IMG/VR virus record: IMGVR_UViG_3300001605_000024
Coordinates: 1-64,000 of that record
Direction: 5' to 3' (one strand)
DNA: 64,000 nucleotides
From: an uncultured virus (IMG/VR IMGVR_UViG_3300001605_000024)
Lineage: Duplodnaviria; Heunggongvirae; Uroviricota; Caudoviricetes
The translations under genes were made by a program, and so were the position numbers. The first letter of the stretch is position 1. Each line of letters opens with the position of its first letter. This document shows positions 48,962 through 58,176 of the stretch, piece by piece. The notes beneath the pieces are model-generated. The model saw only the letters and a program-made list of their open reading frames with translations. It was not told the origin of the DNA and ran no database searches.

Positions 48962-50230
48962 ATGTATTACATAATTGAAACTCTAGACCAACTTAAAAGC
49001 TTTTACAGCTTAGGCTATAAAGAAGCTTTCATAGAAGTAATCTCATCCAACGATCACATCCACCCATCACAAAATACTGTATCTTTACTGTATATTCGTC
49101 CGTTTTTAGCAACTAAAGGTTTTATATTGGGCGTTGATCATAGCGAAACATTAAATGAAATATCGCAGCATCTTACCGCAATTCTTAAACAGTTTAATAA
49201 TCTATATTGTAGAGATAAAAAGGAAATATTACACTATTTTCCTATTAAGCATTTGTATGATACCACACCACCTCCTCATCCATATATACGCCCTACCACA
49301 ACAACACATGAATTATTTTATAGAAACCACGGTTTAAATCCGGATATAAACAAAATTATACCAGTTGTTAAGCATTATGAGGTATGCGAACAAATGTATA
49401 AAGATTTGTTACCAAACATTCCACAACCTCAAACAAAATATACTAATTTCTTTAACAATAAAGTTTCATTAGTATTTAATGCAATTGAAAGAAATGGAAT
49501 ACATATAAATAAAACAGAATTTGAAAAGCACTTTCATAAAATAGATTCGGATTTTGTTTATACTCAATATAATTTAAAAACAACAACAACACGACCATCA
49601 AACTCATTTAACGGAATTAATTATGCGGCTCTCAATAAAGAAAACGGATGTAGAAAAAGTTTTATACCTCGGAATGACATATTTGTTGAACTTGATATTT
49701 CTGCTTACCATCCCAATTTGGCTGCTCGCCTCATTGATTATAATTTTACCGCTGATGATATTCATGCTCATTTTGCTGCCCTATATAAGGTTGATTACGC
49801 AAAAGCAAAAGAATTTACCTTCAAACAGCTATATGGAGGAGTTTGGGAAACTTATAAAGATATTGATTTCTTTAAGAAAATTCAAGTATATATTGAAGAA
49901 AAATGGAAACAATTTGAAAACACGGGAAGTATAGAGGTACCAATTTCGGGATATAAAATTAAAAAAAATAATGTGGGAGACATGAATCCGCAAAAATTAT
50001 TCAATTACTTACTCCAGGGATACGAAACATCTCAAAATATTTTGATATTATGGGATATCTTAAGTATATTAAGAGGAAAAAATACAAAATTAGTTCTGTA
50101 CACTTATGATTCTTTTACTTTAGATGTAGATGAAACCGAGTTGCAAGTAATAGAGGAAATAAGGGAAATATTTAAAAAATATAAATTAAACACTAAAGAG
50201 AAAACAGGTTATGACTATGATTTTAAATAG
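48962..50230 (+). CDS. polA: Compact family A DNA polymerase
   Basis: TTTTRPS..F, motif A ELDISAYHP, motif B AKEFTFKQLYGG, NY..QG, motif C LYTYDSF. Confidence 0.8.
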   Translation: MYYIIETLDQLKSFYSLGYKEAFIEVISSNDHIHPSQNTVSLLYIRPFLATKGFILGVDHSETLNEISQHLTAILKQFNNLYCRDKKEILHYFPIKHLYDTTPPPHPYIRPTTTTHELFYRNHGLNPDINKIIPVVKHYEVCEQMYKDLLPNIPQPQTKYTNFFNNKVSLVFNAIERNGIHINKTEFEKHFHKIDSDFVYTQYNLKTTTTRPSNSFNGINYAALNKENGCRKSFIPRNDIFVELDISAYHPNLAARLIDYNFTADDIHAHFAALYKVDYAKAKEFTFKQLYGGVWETYKDIDFFKKIQVYIEEKWKQFENTGSIEVPISGYKIKKNNVGDMNPQKLFNYLLQGYETSQNILILWDILSILRGKNTKLVLYTYDSFTLDVDETELQVIEEIREIFKKYKLNTKEKTGYDYDFK

Positions 50231-50270
50231 TAGAAATAAATTTTTTTGCATTTGATATATTTATAATAAA

Positions 50271-50927
50271 ATGAAAATTTGCTGTGAATGTAAAATAAAT
50301 CAAGATTTAAATCAGTTTAATAAAAATAAAAACACTAAAGATGGATTAAATAATCGTTGTAAATTATGCTGTAGTAATAGAAATAAAAATAGATATAAAA
50401 ATAAAAAAGAATATATTAAAGATCAAACTCTTAAATATTATTACAATAACAGAGAAAAAATTCTATCAACATCAAAATCTAAACCTACATATCATAAATC
50501 TCATCCTGAATATTATAAAGAATATAGAGAAAATAATAATGAGAAACTTAAACAGTATTACAAAAAATGGAGACAAAATAATAAACCTTCATATTCTTTA
50601 CGGATACAAGTATGGTGGTGGATTAAAAAGCATGGTATATCTAAAACTAAAAAAACAGAAATATTACTTGGATATACTTTTGAAGAGTTTGAAAAACAAA
50701 TTGGAAAACCGGTTACTAATCAACATCTTGACCATAAAGTTCCTATAAGTTGGTTTAAATCTAATACTCCTATAAATTTAATATTTCATTTAGAAAATTT
50801 ACATTATATAGACTCAAATGAAAACCGATCAAAATCTAATACCTTTGCTCATCCTGTTTCTGAAGAATACAAAAGTAATATAAAAAAATATATAAAAACT
50901 AAATATAAATCAAGGTTATGGACTTAA
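50271..50927 (+). CDS. Free-standing HNH homing endonuclease
   Basis: CCEC and CKLC; HLDHKVP...HLENL...ENRSKSN; ATATTTATA at 50257. Confidence 0.8.
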   Translation: MKICCECKINQDLNQFNKNKNTKDGLNNRCKLCCSNRNKNRYKNKKEYIKDQTLKYYYNNREKILSTSKSKPTYHKSHPEYYKEYRENNNEKLKQYYKKWRQNNKPSYSLRIQVWWWIKKHGISKTKKTEILLGYTFEEFEKQIGKPVTNQHLDHKVPISWFKSNTPINLIFHLENLHYIDSNENRSKSNTFAHPVSEEYKSNIKKYIKTKYKSRLWT

Positions 50928-51388
50928 TTCTAAAAAATTCTATTAATATGTATAATCCGCAATACGATGTAATTACAGACCTAAATTTAATAGAATTGAA
51001 TACCAACAACAAATTATTTTGTACTTTTACAGACCCTGTAGGGTTAGAAGTACTAATTGAGGATATAAAAGCAAAATACAGTATTATATATAATAAGATG
51101 TTTGTTTTAGAGATTATGGGTAAAGATGAGTATGTCATTACTTATAATGTGGAACATGCTAATGTGAGTTATATACCGGATAATACTATATTAGTACATA
51201 GAAAGAAAGAGTCTAATACTCTATATACCATTAATGCTCTAAATGAGCTAATTAAAAAACTAAATGGTGGGGTAGTTGATACTAGATTTGCTATTAATTG
51301 GAATCATTATAAAAATTGTATCTTACTAACTCAGCATAATGAGTTAAACCAATTGAATACAAAAATATATAAAATTATAGAACTGTAA
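50918..51388 (+). CDS. Conserved hypothetical protein of the replication module
   Basis: KLFCTF, TYNV, HRKKESNTLYTINALN. Confidence 0.65.
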   Translation: MDLILKNSINMYNPQYDVITDLNLIELNTNNKLFCTFTDPVGLEVLIEDIKAKYSIIYNKMFVLEIMGKDEYVITYNVEHANVSYIPDNTILVHRKKESNTLYTINALNELIKKLNGGVVDTRFAINWNHYKNCILLTQHNELNQLNTKIYKIIEL

Positions 51389-51478
51389 TAAAATCCCTCG
51401 AAAGAGGGCTTATTTAAGTTTGTTTTCTCCCCATAAAATTATTATATTTAGGTTACAACTAATAAACAAAGTTATATT

Positions 51479-52315
51479 ATGGATTTATCATTATTGAAAC
51501 AAAAGTTGGATGGTCTCCAACAGAAAAATGCCCCTAAAGAAAAGACCGACTATGCTAAAATTAAATGGACTCCTAAAATAGGAAAACAGCAAATTCGCAT
51601 TGTTCCCTCGGCTTTTAATAAGTCAAACCCATTTACCGAACTTAAAATTTATTACGGTATTACAAATAAGGTAATGCTTTCTCCACAAAATTTTGGAGAG
51701 AAAGATCCAATTGCTTTGTTTGCCTCTAAACTTAGAGAAGACTACAATAAAGAAAATTTTGTTCTAGCTAAAAAATTAGATCCTAAAATTAGAGTTTTTG
51801 CACCCGTAATTGTAAGAGGTGAAGAAGAATTGGGTGTTAGACTATGGGAATTTGGAAAATCGGTTTATGAGGAATTGTTAAGTTTAGCTACTGATGAGGA
51901 AATCGGTGATTACACTGATATTGTAAATGGTAGAGATTTGACAATTGAAACTGTAGGTCCGGATGCAACCGGTACTAAATACAATAAGTCCTCAATCCGA
52001 GTTAAATTAAAAACTTCATCTCTAAGTGATGATAAGTCACAAGTAGAAAAATGGTTATCTGATCAACCCAATCCAACAAATTCATTCAAGAAATATAATT
52101 TTGAAGAAATGAAATCTGCTCTGGAGAAATGGTTAACTCCTGAAAATGAAGATGAAGGTGGAGAGGTTGAAGTGGAGGAAAATGTAAGTGAAGGAGGATT
52201 ACCATGGGATGATACATCAACTTCTAAAAAATCTTCTAATTATAAATTAGATGTTAAACCTAAACAATCTAAAAGCGATCAATTTGAATCATTATTTGAA
52301 GGAGACGAAGAATAA
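51479..52315 (+). CDS. Single-stranded DNA-binding protein (T4 gp32-like)
   Basis: IRIVP, DPI, VRGEE..GVRLWEFGK, D...GRD; acidic tail; TTTG 51419-N20-TATATTTA upstream. Confidence 0.85.
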   Translation: MDLSLLKQKLDGLQQKNAPKEKTDYAKIKWTPKIGKQQIRIVPSAFNKSNPFTELKIYYGITNKVMLSPQNFGEKDPIALFASKLREDYNKENFVLAKKLDPKIRVFAPVIVRGEEELGVRLWEFGKSVYEELLSLATDEEIGDYTDIVNGRDLTIETVGPDATGTKYNKSSIRVKLKTSSLSDDKSQVEKWLSDQPNPTNSFKKYNFEEMKSALEKWLTPENEDEGGEVEVEENVSEGGLPWDDTSTSKKSSNYKLDVKPKQSKSDQFESLFEGDEE

Positions 52316-52320
52316 GATTT

Positions 52321-53424
52321 ATGGCTAGAAAAAAAGATATAACACTTTCCGCGGCAGTGTCCGCGGAAATTAAATCTAATTTTAATTTAGATGCTTTTAA
52401 GAAATCTAAACATTTAACTTCTTCTACTAATTTTAAATCCCAAAAATGGATTCCATTCTCTCCAGCTATTAAAAGTGCACTCTCAATCCCAGGAATACCT
52501 ATGGGTCATATTACTATAGCTCGAGGAGGTTCAGATACTGGTAAAACTACATTGATGATTGAAGCCGCAGTAGCTGCTCAAAAAATGGGTATTTTACCTG
52601 TATTTATTATAACTGAAATGAAGTGGGATTTTGACCATGCTATTAAAATGGGATTCCAATGTGAGGCAGTAGCTGATGCTGAAACCGGAGAATTAATAAA
52701 TTATAGAGGAGATTTCTTATATATTGATAGGTCTAATCTTAATACTATTGAAGATGTAGCCTCATTCATGGTTGATTTATTTGAAGAACAGAAAAAAGGT
52801 AATCTGCCTTATGATTTGTTATTTTTATGGGATTCTGTAGGATCTATTCCATGTGATATGAGTATTAAACAAGGTACTAATAATCCTATGTGGAATGCAG
52901 GGGCTATGGCTACTCAATTCGGTAATTTTATTAACCAAAAAATACCGCTATCACGTAAAGAAAATTCACCATATACTAACACCTTATTTGTAATTAATAA
53001 AACAGGTGTTCAGCCGGCATTAACTCCTATGAGTCAACCTCGTATGACCAATAAAGGAGGAAATACAATGTATTGGGATGCTTCACTTGTTATTACCTTT
53101 GGTAACGTCACAAATAGTGGTACTAGTAAAATTCACGCTCAACATAAGGGTAAAAAAGTAGAATTTGCAAAACGTACTAAAATTTCCATTGATAAAATTC
53201 ACGCTGATTGTGGTATTGCCACTACTTCAACAGTAATTGTAACACCTCACGGATTTATCCCGGATGATAAAGATGATGAAAAAGCTTATAAAGCTGAACA
53301 TGCTCATGAGTGGTTTGGGGCTAATGTTAAACTAGAAGAAATTCAAATCACTGAAGATTCTAGTGAGTGGGAAGAAAGTATTAAAATATCACCTATGATT
53401 GAAATAGATGATAACAATAACTAA
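52321..53424 (+). CDS. uvsX: RecA/UvsX-like recombinase
   Basis: GIPMG, GGSDTGKTT, FIITE, WDSVGS, KGG. Confidence 0.85.
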   Translation: MARKKDITLSAAVSAEIKSNFNLDAFKKSKHLTSSTNFKSQKWIPFSPAIKSALSIPGIPMGHITIARGGSDTGKTTLMIEAAVAAQKMGILPVFIITEMKWDFDHAIKMGFQCEAVADAETGELINYRGDFLYIDRSNLNTIEDVASFMVDLFEEQKKGNLPYDLLFLWDSVGSIPCDMSIKQGTNNPMWNAGAMATQFGNFINQKIPLSRKENSPYTNTLFVINKTGVQPALTPMSQPRMTNKGGNTMYWDASLVITFGNVTNSGTSKIHAQHKGKKVEFAKRTKISIDKIHADCGIATTSTVIVTPHGFIPDDKDDEKAYKAEHAHEWFGANVKLEEIQITEDSSEWEESIKISPMIEIDDNNN

Positions 53425-53434
53425 TCAATAAAAT

Positions 53435-54475
53435 ATGAGCCATAAAGAACTATTTAAGCTCCTTGATGATATCAAGGAGGAAGGAAATGTATCCTTACCT
53501 AAGAATCACGATAGAGTACTATTAATAGATGGATTAAATCTGTTTTTTAGAAACTTTGCAATGCTAAATATGATCAACTCTGATGGGGTTCATATAGGAG
53601 GATTAGGAGGATTCTTACGTTCTTTAGGTGCTCTTATTAAACGAATTCAACCCACTTCTGTTTATGTTGTATTTGATGGGACAAGTTCTTCTAGTAACAG
53701 GAAGAATCTTGTCCCTGAATACAAATCTGAACGTAATACTCAAAGAATTACTAATTGGGAAATATTTGATAATTTAGATGAAGAACATGATTCTAAAATT
53801 GATCAAATTATACGTTTAATACAGTATCTAAAGCAATTGCCCGTTAAAACTATAGCAATTGATAAAACAGAGGCTGATGATATTATAGCGGTATTATCTA
53901 AACATTTAGTTGATAAATATAATTCTAATGTATTCATTGTCTCTTCAGATAAAGACTTTGTACAGTTAATTAATGATAGAGTTATAGTATATCGACCTAT
54001 TGAGAAAGAATATTATACTCCTCAAACTGTATTAGAAAAATTTGATGTTTTAGCTGAAAATTTTATTTTATATAAAACTCTACTTGGAGACAATTCAGAT
54101 AAAATACAAGGAATAAAAGGTTTAGGCAATAAAGGCATATTTAAAAAATTTCCGGAACTTAAAACTCAAAAATTAATCCTAGAAGATATATTTGACATCT
54201 GTACTAGGAAATATAAGGATCATGTTATATATTCACGGATATTATTTGAGCGTAAAAGATTAGAGACTAATTATAAAATTATGGATTTATCCAATCCTAT
54301 GGTTGAAACGCGCGATATAGTTCAAATTGATAATTTAATTGAATCTGATTTACCTGATTTAAATTCCAAAGACTTTATGATAATGTATGAGGAAGATAAA
54401 TTAGGAAATATAATAAAAAATGTAGAATATTGGTTAAAAGATAATTTCTTACATCTTAAAGGTTATAAACAATAA
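53435..54475 (+). CDS. 5'-3' exonuclease / flap endonuclease (T4 RNase H-like)
   Basis: LIDGLN, VFDG, YK..R, EADDII, SSDKDF.QL, GDNSD.IQGIKG.G. Confidence 0.9.
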   Translation: MSHKELFKLLDDIKEEGNVSLPKNHDRVLLIDGLNLFFRNFAMLNMINSDGVHIGGLGGFLRSLGALIKRIQPTSVYVVFDGTSSSSNRKNLVPEYKSERNTQRITNWEIFDNLDEEHDSKIDQIIRLIQYLKQLPVKTIAIDKTEADDIIAVLSKHLVDKYNSNVFIVSSDKDFVQLINDRVIVYRPIEKEYYTPQTVLEKFDVLAENFILYKTLLGDNSDKIQGIKGLGNKGIFKKFPELKTQKLILEDIFDICTRKYKDHVIYSRILFERKRLETNYKIMDLSNPMVETRDIVQIDNLIESDLPDLNSKDFMIMYEEDKLGNIIKNVEYWLKDNFLHLKGYKQ

Positions 54476-54478
54476 AAT

Positions 54479-55855
54479 ATGGTATTACTAAGTTTATCTC
54501 AATATGGTCATGATTTTCAAATTAAAGTTTTATCCTCACTTCTAACGCATAAAGAATTTCTAATTAATATTCATGATATAATTTCTGAAGAATATTTTGA
54601 TAATCAAGCGGTTAAGTGGTGTGTTGAAGAGATTTTAAAATATTTTGAAAAGTACCATACAGTACCCACTCTAGAAATATTAAAAATTGAATTACAGAAA
54701 GTTGAAAACGAAATACTACAAATATCAATTAAAGAACAACTTAAATTAGCATATATTTCTTCAGATAATGATCTAAAATACATCCAAGAAGAATTTACTA
54801 ATTTCTGTAAAAATCAACAACTAAAGAAAGCACTATTAACTTCTGTTGATTTGCTGAAAGCTGGTGATTTTGATGGTATTAGATATTTAGTAGATAATGC
54901 TTTAAAAGCAGGTAACGATAAAAATTTAGGCCATGAATATGTTAAAGATATTGAAGACAGATATAAAGAAGATTCTAGATCAGCGATACCTACTCCTTGG
55001 ACTCTTATCAACAATATATTGCAGGGAGGATTGGGAAATGGAGATTTCGGTCTTATTTTTGGTAATCCTGGAGGTGGTAAATCATGGTCATTAGTGGCAA
55101 TAGGAGGATATGCTGTAAAATTAGGATATAATGTATTACATTATACTCTAGAATTAGGAGAAAATTATGTAGGTAAAAGATATGATGCCTTCTTTACTAA
55201 TATCTCAGTTACTGAAATTGATAATTTTAAACATAAAGTTGAAGAAATGATACCTCAACTGCCTGGAAAACTTATTATAAAAGAATTTCCTACGGGTAAA
55301 GCCACAATTTCAACTATTGAATCCCATATAAATAAAAGTATAGATTTAGGTGTTAAACCTGATCTTATTTTAATAGATTATGTGGATTTATTAGCTTCTA
55401 AAAAGAAAAATCGTGAACGTAAAGAAGAAATTGATGATATTTATACAAGCACGAAAGGATTAGCTCGACAATTAAATATACCAATTTGGTCTGTTTCACA
55501 AGTCAACAGAGCGGGTGCCCAAGATAAAATTATAGAAGGAGATAAAGCTGCTGGATCTTATGATAAAATGATGATAACTGATTTTGCTATGTCTCTTTCT
55601 CGAAAAAAAGAAGATAAAGTAAATGGTACAGGCCGATATCACATTATGAAGAACCGATACGGAGCAGATGGGATTACTTTTGGAGTTAATGCTGATACTT
55701 CTACAGGTCACTTTGAAGTATATGAATATCAAGGTGATGAGGACGATGAAGAAAAATCATTAGTTAAACCTAAATTTAAATCTAATGCCTTTGATGATGT
55801 AGACAGTTATGATAAGGAATTACTAAGACAAAAGTTTTTTGAATTAAATGATTAA
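54479..55855 (+). CDS. dnaB: DnaB/gp41-like replicative helicase
   Basis: GNPGGGKS, HYTLE, LIDYVDL, SQVNR, KNRYG. Confidence 0.92.
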   Translation: MVLLSLSQYGHDFQIKVLSSLLTHKEFLINIHDIISEEYFDNQAVKWCVEEILKYFEKYHTVPTLEILKIELQKVENEILQISIKEQLKLAYISSDNDLKYIQEEFTNFCKNQQLKKALLTSVDLLKAGDFDGIRYLVDNALKAGNDKNLGHEYVKDIEDRYKEDSRSAIPTPWTLINNILQGGLGNGDFGLIFGNPGGGKSWSLVAIGGYAVKLGYNVLHYTLELGENYVGKRYDAFFTNISVTEIDNFKHKVEEMIPQLPGKLIIKEFPTGKATISTIESHINKSIDLGVKPDLILIDYVDLLASKKKNRERKEEIDDIYTSTKGLARQLNIPIWSVSQVNRAGAQDKIIEGDKAAGSYDKMMITDFAMSLSRKKEDKVNGTGRYHIMKNRYGADGITFGVNADTSTGHFEVYEYQGDEDDEEKSLVKPKFKSNAFDDVDSYDKELLRQKFFELND

Positions 55856-55858
55856 AAT

Positions 55859-56611
55859 ATGATAAAACTAATAGATATATTAAAAGGAGTTTTTCATGAT
55901 CCCTTTACTGGCGAACTTTCTGAAGGCTTAATTAAAACTGTGGAGGTTGATAAAGCTTTTGAAATTATTCATAAACAGTTTAGTAATCTACCCGAAGCAG
56001 ATATAGTTCAAGATAATAAAAATATTATTTTAGGATTTGCCCCTAATTATTTAAATACTGATTTAGAAAATTATGTCGGAACTTATCCTGATCCTAATAT
56101 ATCTAATATTTTAACTTTATTAAATAATCTAGGATACTTTCCCGCATCTGTTGAGTATGAATTAAATAATAGAGCAGAACAGTATAAAATGAAATATTCA
56201 CCCTCTATGTTTCGTGAATTAATTTCAGATAAACAGCCCACATATTTAATTTTTACTTTTGAAGCTAAATATGATCCCGTAATAGAAGTCCCGCGATATC
56301 TTTATCATATTACAGATAGTAAATATCTAGATAAAATTAAACAAATAGGTTTAAAACCACGAGCCTTAAATAAGAGATCAGCTCATGAATCTAGAATTTA
56401 TTTATCATTAGATAAAAAATCATCTGATTATTTATGGGATAAATTAAAATTGCATATGGGACCGGGTAAAGGAATATTATTAACTATAGATACAACTAAT
56501 CTAGAAGTCACATTCTATAATGATCCTAATTTTGATAAATTAGGAGTGTACACTTACTCTAACATTCCCCCCTCAAGTATTATAAAATATGAACCAATAA
56601 TTGAAAATTAA
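55859..56611 (+). CDS. Leader-bearing protein with a C-terminal ADP-ribosyltransferase-fold (Tpt1/KptA-like) domain
   Basis: MIKLIDILK leader; YLYHIT...I...GLKP...RIYLS...LLTID...DP...GVYT..NIPP. Confidence 0.6.
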   Translation: MIKLIDILKGVFHDPFTGELSEGLIKTVEVDKAFEIIHKQFSNLPEADIVQDNKNIILGFAPNYLNTDLENYVGTYPDPNISNILTLLNNLGYFPASVEYELNNRAEQYKMKYSPSMFRELISDKQPTYLIFTFEAKYDPVIEVPRYLYHITDSKYLDKIKQIGLKPRALNKRSAHESRIYLSLDKKSSDYLWDKLKLHMGPGKGILLTIDTTNLEVTFYNDPNFDKLGVYTYSNIPPSSIIKYEPIIEN

Positions 56612-56620
56612 AATATAAAT

Positions 56621-57577
56621 ATGAGCAAACTTACAGAACCTCGACATTATTACAAACCCTTTGAATATCAGCAAGCCTTTGATTTCTATAAAAATCAACA
56701 TAGAGCACACTGGTTAGCAGATGAAGTACCATTAGCTTCAGATTTAAATGATTGGAAACTAAATTTAAATGAATCCGAAAAAAATCTGATAGGTAATATT
56801 TTAAAAAGTTTCGCTCAAACTGAAGTTCATGTAAATGATTATTGGTCTAGCAAAATTTCACAATGGTTCCCTAAACCTGAAATTGTAGCAATGGCCGGAA
56901 CATTTGGGGCTTTTGAAGCGATTCATGCTGAAGCTTATGCTAGATTAAATGATGAATTAGGCTTAGATAACTTCCAGGCTTTTATGGAAGATGAAGCATC
57001 CCGTAATAAGATTGAAAGATTACTAGAAACACCATCTGAGTCACTTGAAGAAAAAGCATTAGCTTTAGCTATATTTTCAGCATTTACTGAAGGAGTTAAC
57101 TTATTTTCTTCATTCGCTATACTAATGTCTTTCCAATTAAGAAATTTACTTAAAGGAACTGCCCAAATTGTTGAATGGAGCGTAAGAGATGAATCATTAC
57201 ATTCACAAGCCGGCTGTTGGTTATTTCGCACATTAATACAGGAAAGTCCCGAATTAGATACTATAGAAATGCGGAATAATGTAACAGAAGCTTGTAATTT
57301 ATCAGTTAAATTAGAATATGATTTTATTGATAAAGCATTTGAAATGGGTGATATTGAGGGGTTAACTAAAGAACAACTAAAAAATTTCATTAAAGCTCGC
57401 GCTAATGATAAAATGGTTGAATTAGGATATAATCCGATATATAATGACATTGATCCCTCACTATTAAAACAAATGGAATGGTTCGGCCATTTAACATCAG
57501 GTAGAACACATCAAGATTTCTTTGCAAATAGAGTAACAGATTACTCTAAATCAACTGCGGATTGGTCTGATTTATAA
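56621..57577 (+). CDS. nrdB: Ribonucleotide reductase class I beta subunit
   Basis: HW..DEV, EAIH.EAY, EGV.LFSSF, RDESLH, DFF..RVT.Y. Confidence 0.95.
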   Translation: MSKLTEPRHYYKPFEYQQAFDFYKNQHRAHWLADEVPLASDLNDWKLNLNESEKNLIGNILKSFAQTEVHVNDYWSSKISQWFPKPEIVAMAGTFGAFEAIHAEAYARLNDELGLDNFQAFMEDEASRNKIERLLETPSESLEEKALALAIFSAFTEGVNLFSSFAILMSFQLRNLLKGTAQIVEWSVRDESLHSQAGCWLFRTLIQESPELDTIEMRNNVTEACNLSVKLEYDFIDKAFEMGDIEGLTKEQLKNFIKARANDKMVELGYNPIYNDIDPSLLKQMEWFGHLTSGRTHQDFFANRVTDYSKSTADWSDL

Positions 57578-57586
57578 TATATGATT

Positions 57587-58045
57587 ATGATAAAATTAAC
57601 AGATTTATTAAAAGAAATTATTGATTTGTATTCTCCTGAAGAATTAAAATCTAAGGATATTGAATATAGAATTGATAGAGATGCTCCAACTCGTTTTAGA
57701 GTTGAATTAAAATATAAAGATCAATATTATGTATTAACAATTCTTCCCGTATTTAATCCTAAAAGACCATCTGTAAATTTTGGTAGTTCTGATGAAAAAT
57801 ATGAAAATTTAAATTTAACCCAACTTCTTAATTCCCCATATTCCTCTAGGATTTTAGCTGCGGTTTTTGGGTTAATTAGATATTGGGTAGATAAACATAA
57901 TATCCAACAGTTTGAATATGGGGCTGAGGGAGAAATAAGAAATAAACTTTATAATTACTATCTAGATAAACATTTTTCTGATTTTGAAAATTCACAAGAA
58001 GGATTTGGAGATGAAACTATACAAATATGGAAGAAGAAAATATAA
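57587..58045 (+). CDS. Hypothetical protein with MIKLTDLLKE leader (paralogue of 2158)
   Basis: Leader plus RNKLYNYYL; start at 57581 or 57587. Confidence 0.65.
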   Translation: MIKLTDLLKEIIDLYSPEELKSKDIEYRIDRDAPTRFRVELKYKDQYYVLTILPVFNPKRPSVNFGSSDEKYENLNLTQLLNSPYSSRILAAVFGLIRYWVDKHNIQQFEYGAEGEIRNKLYNYYLDKHFSDFENSQEGFGDETIQIWKKKI

Positions 58046-58176
58046 TATATAAAATTGAAATACTTCAACTTATTGAATCTAAATATAATATTGAAATAAA
58101 AGATGAGGAAGTTGAAAATATAGTTACCCTTAATAATTTAATTGATTTAATAATTCTAAAACTTAAAAATAAATGA
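58027..58176 (+). CDS. Truncated acyl-carrier-protein-like mini protein (49 aa), absent from the ORF track
   Basis: MEEENIIYKIEILQLIESKYNIEIKDEEVENIVTLNNLIDLIILKLKNK*; stop overlaps the nrdA start (ATGA). Confidence 0.65.
   Translation: MEEENIIYKIEILQLIESKYNIEIKDEEVENIVTLNNLIDLIILKLKNK

Noticed and set aside
49155..50748. Nested + strand ORFs 49155-49337, 49623-49934 and 50539-50748
   Set aside because: They are out-of-frame ORFs inside polA and the HNH gene with no recognisable features.
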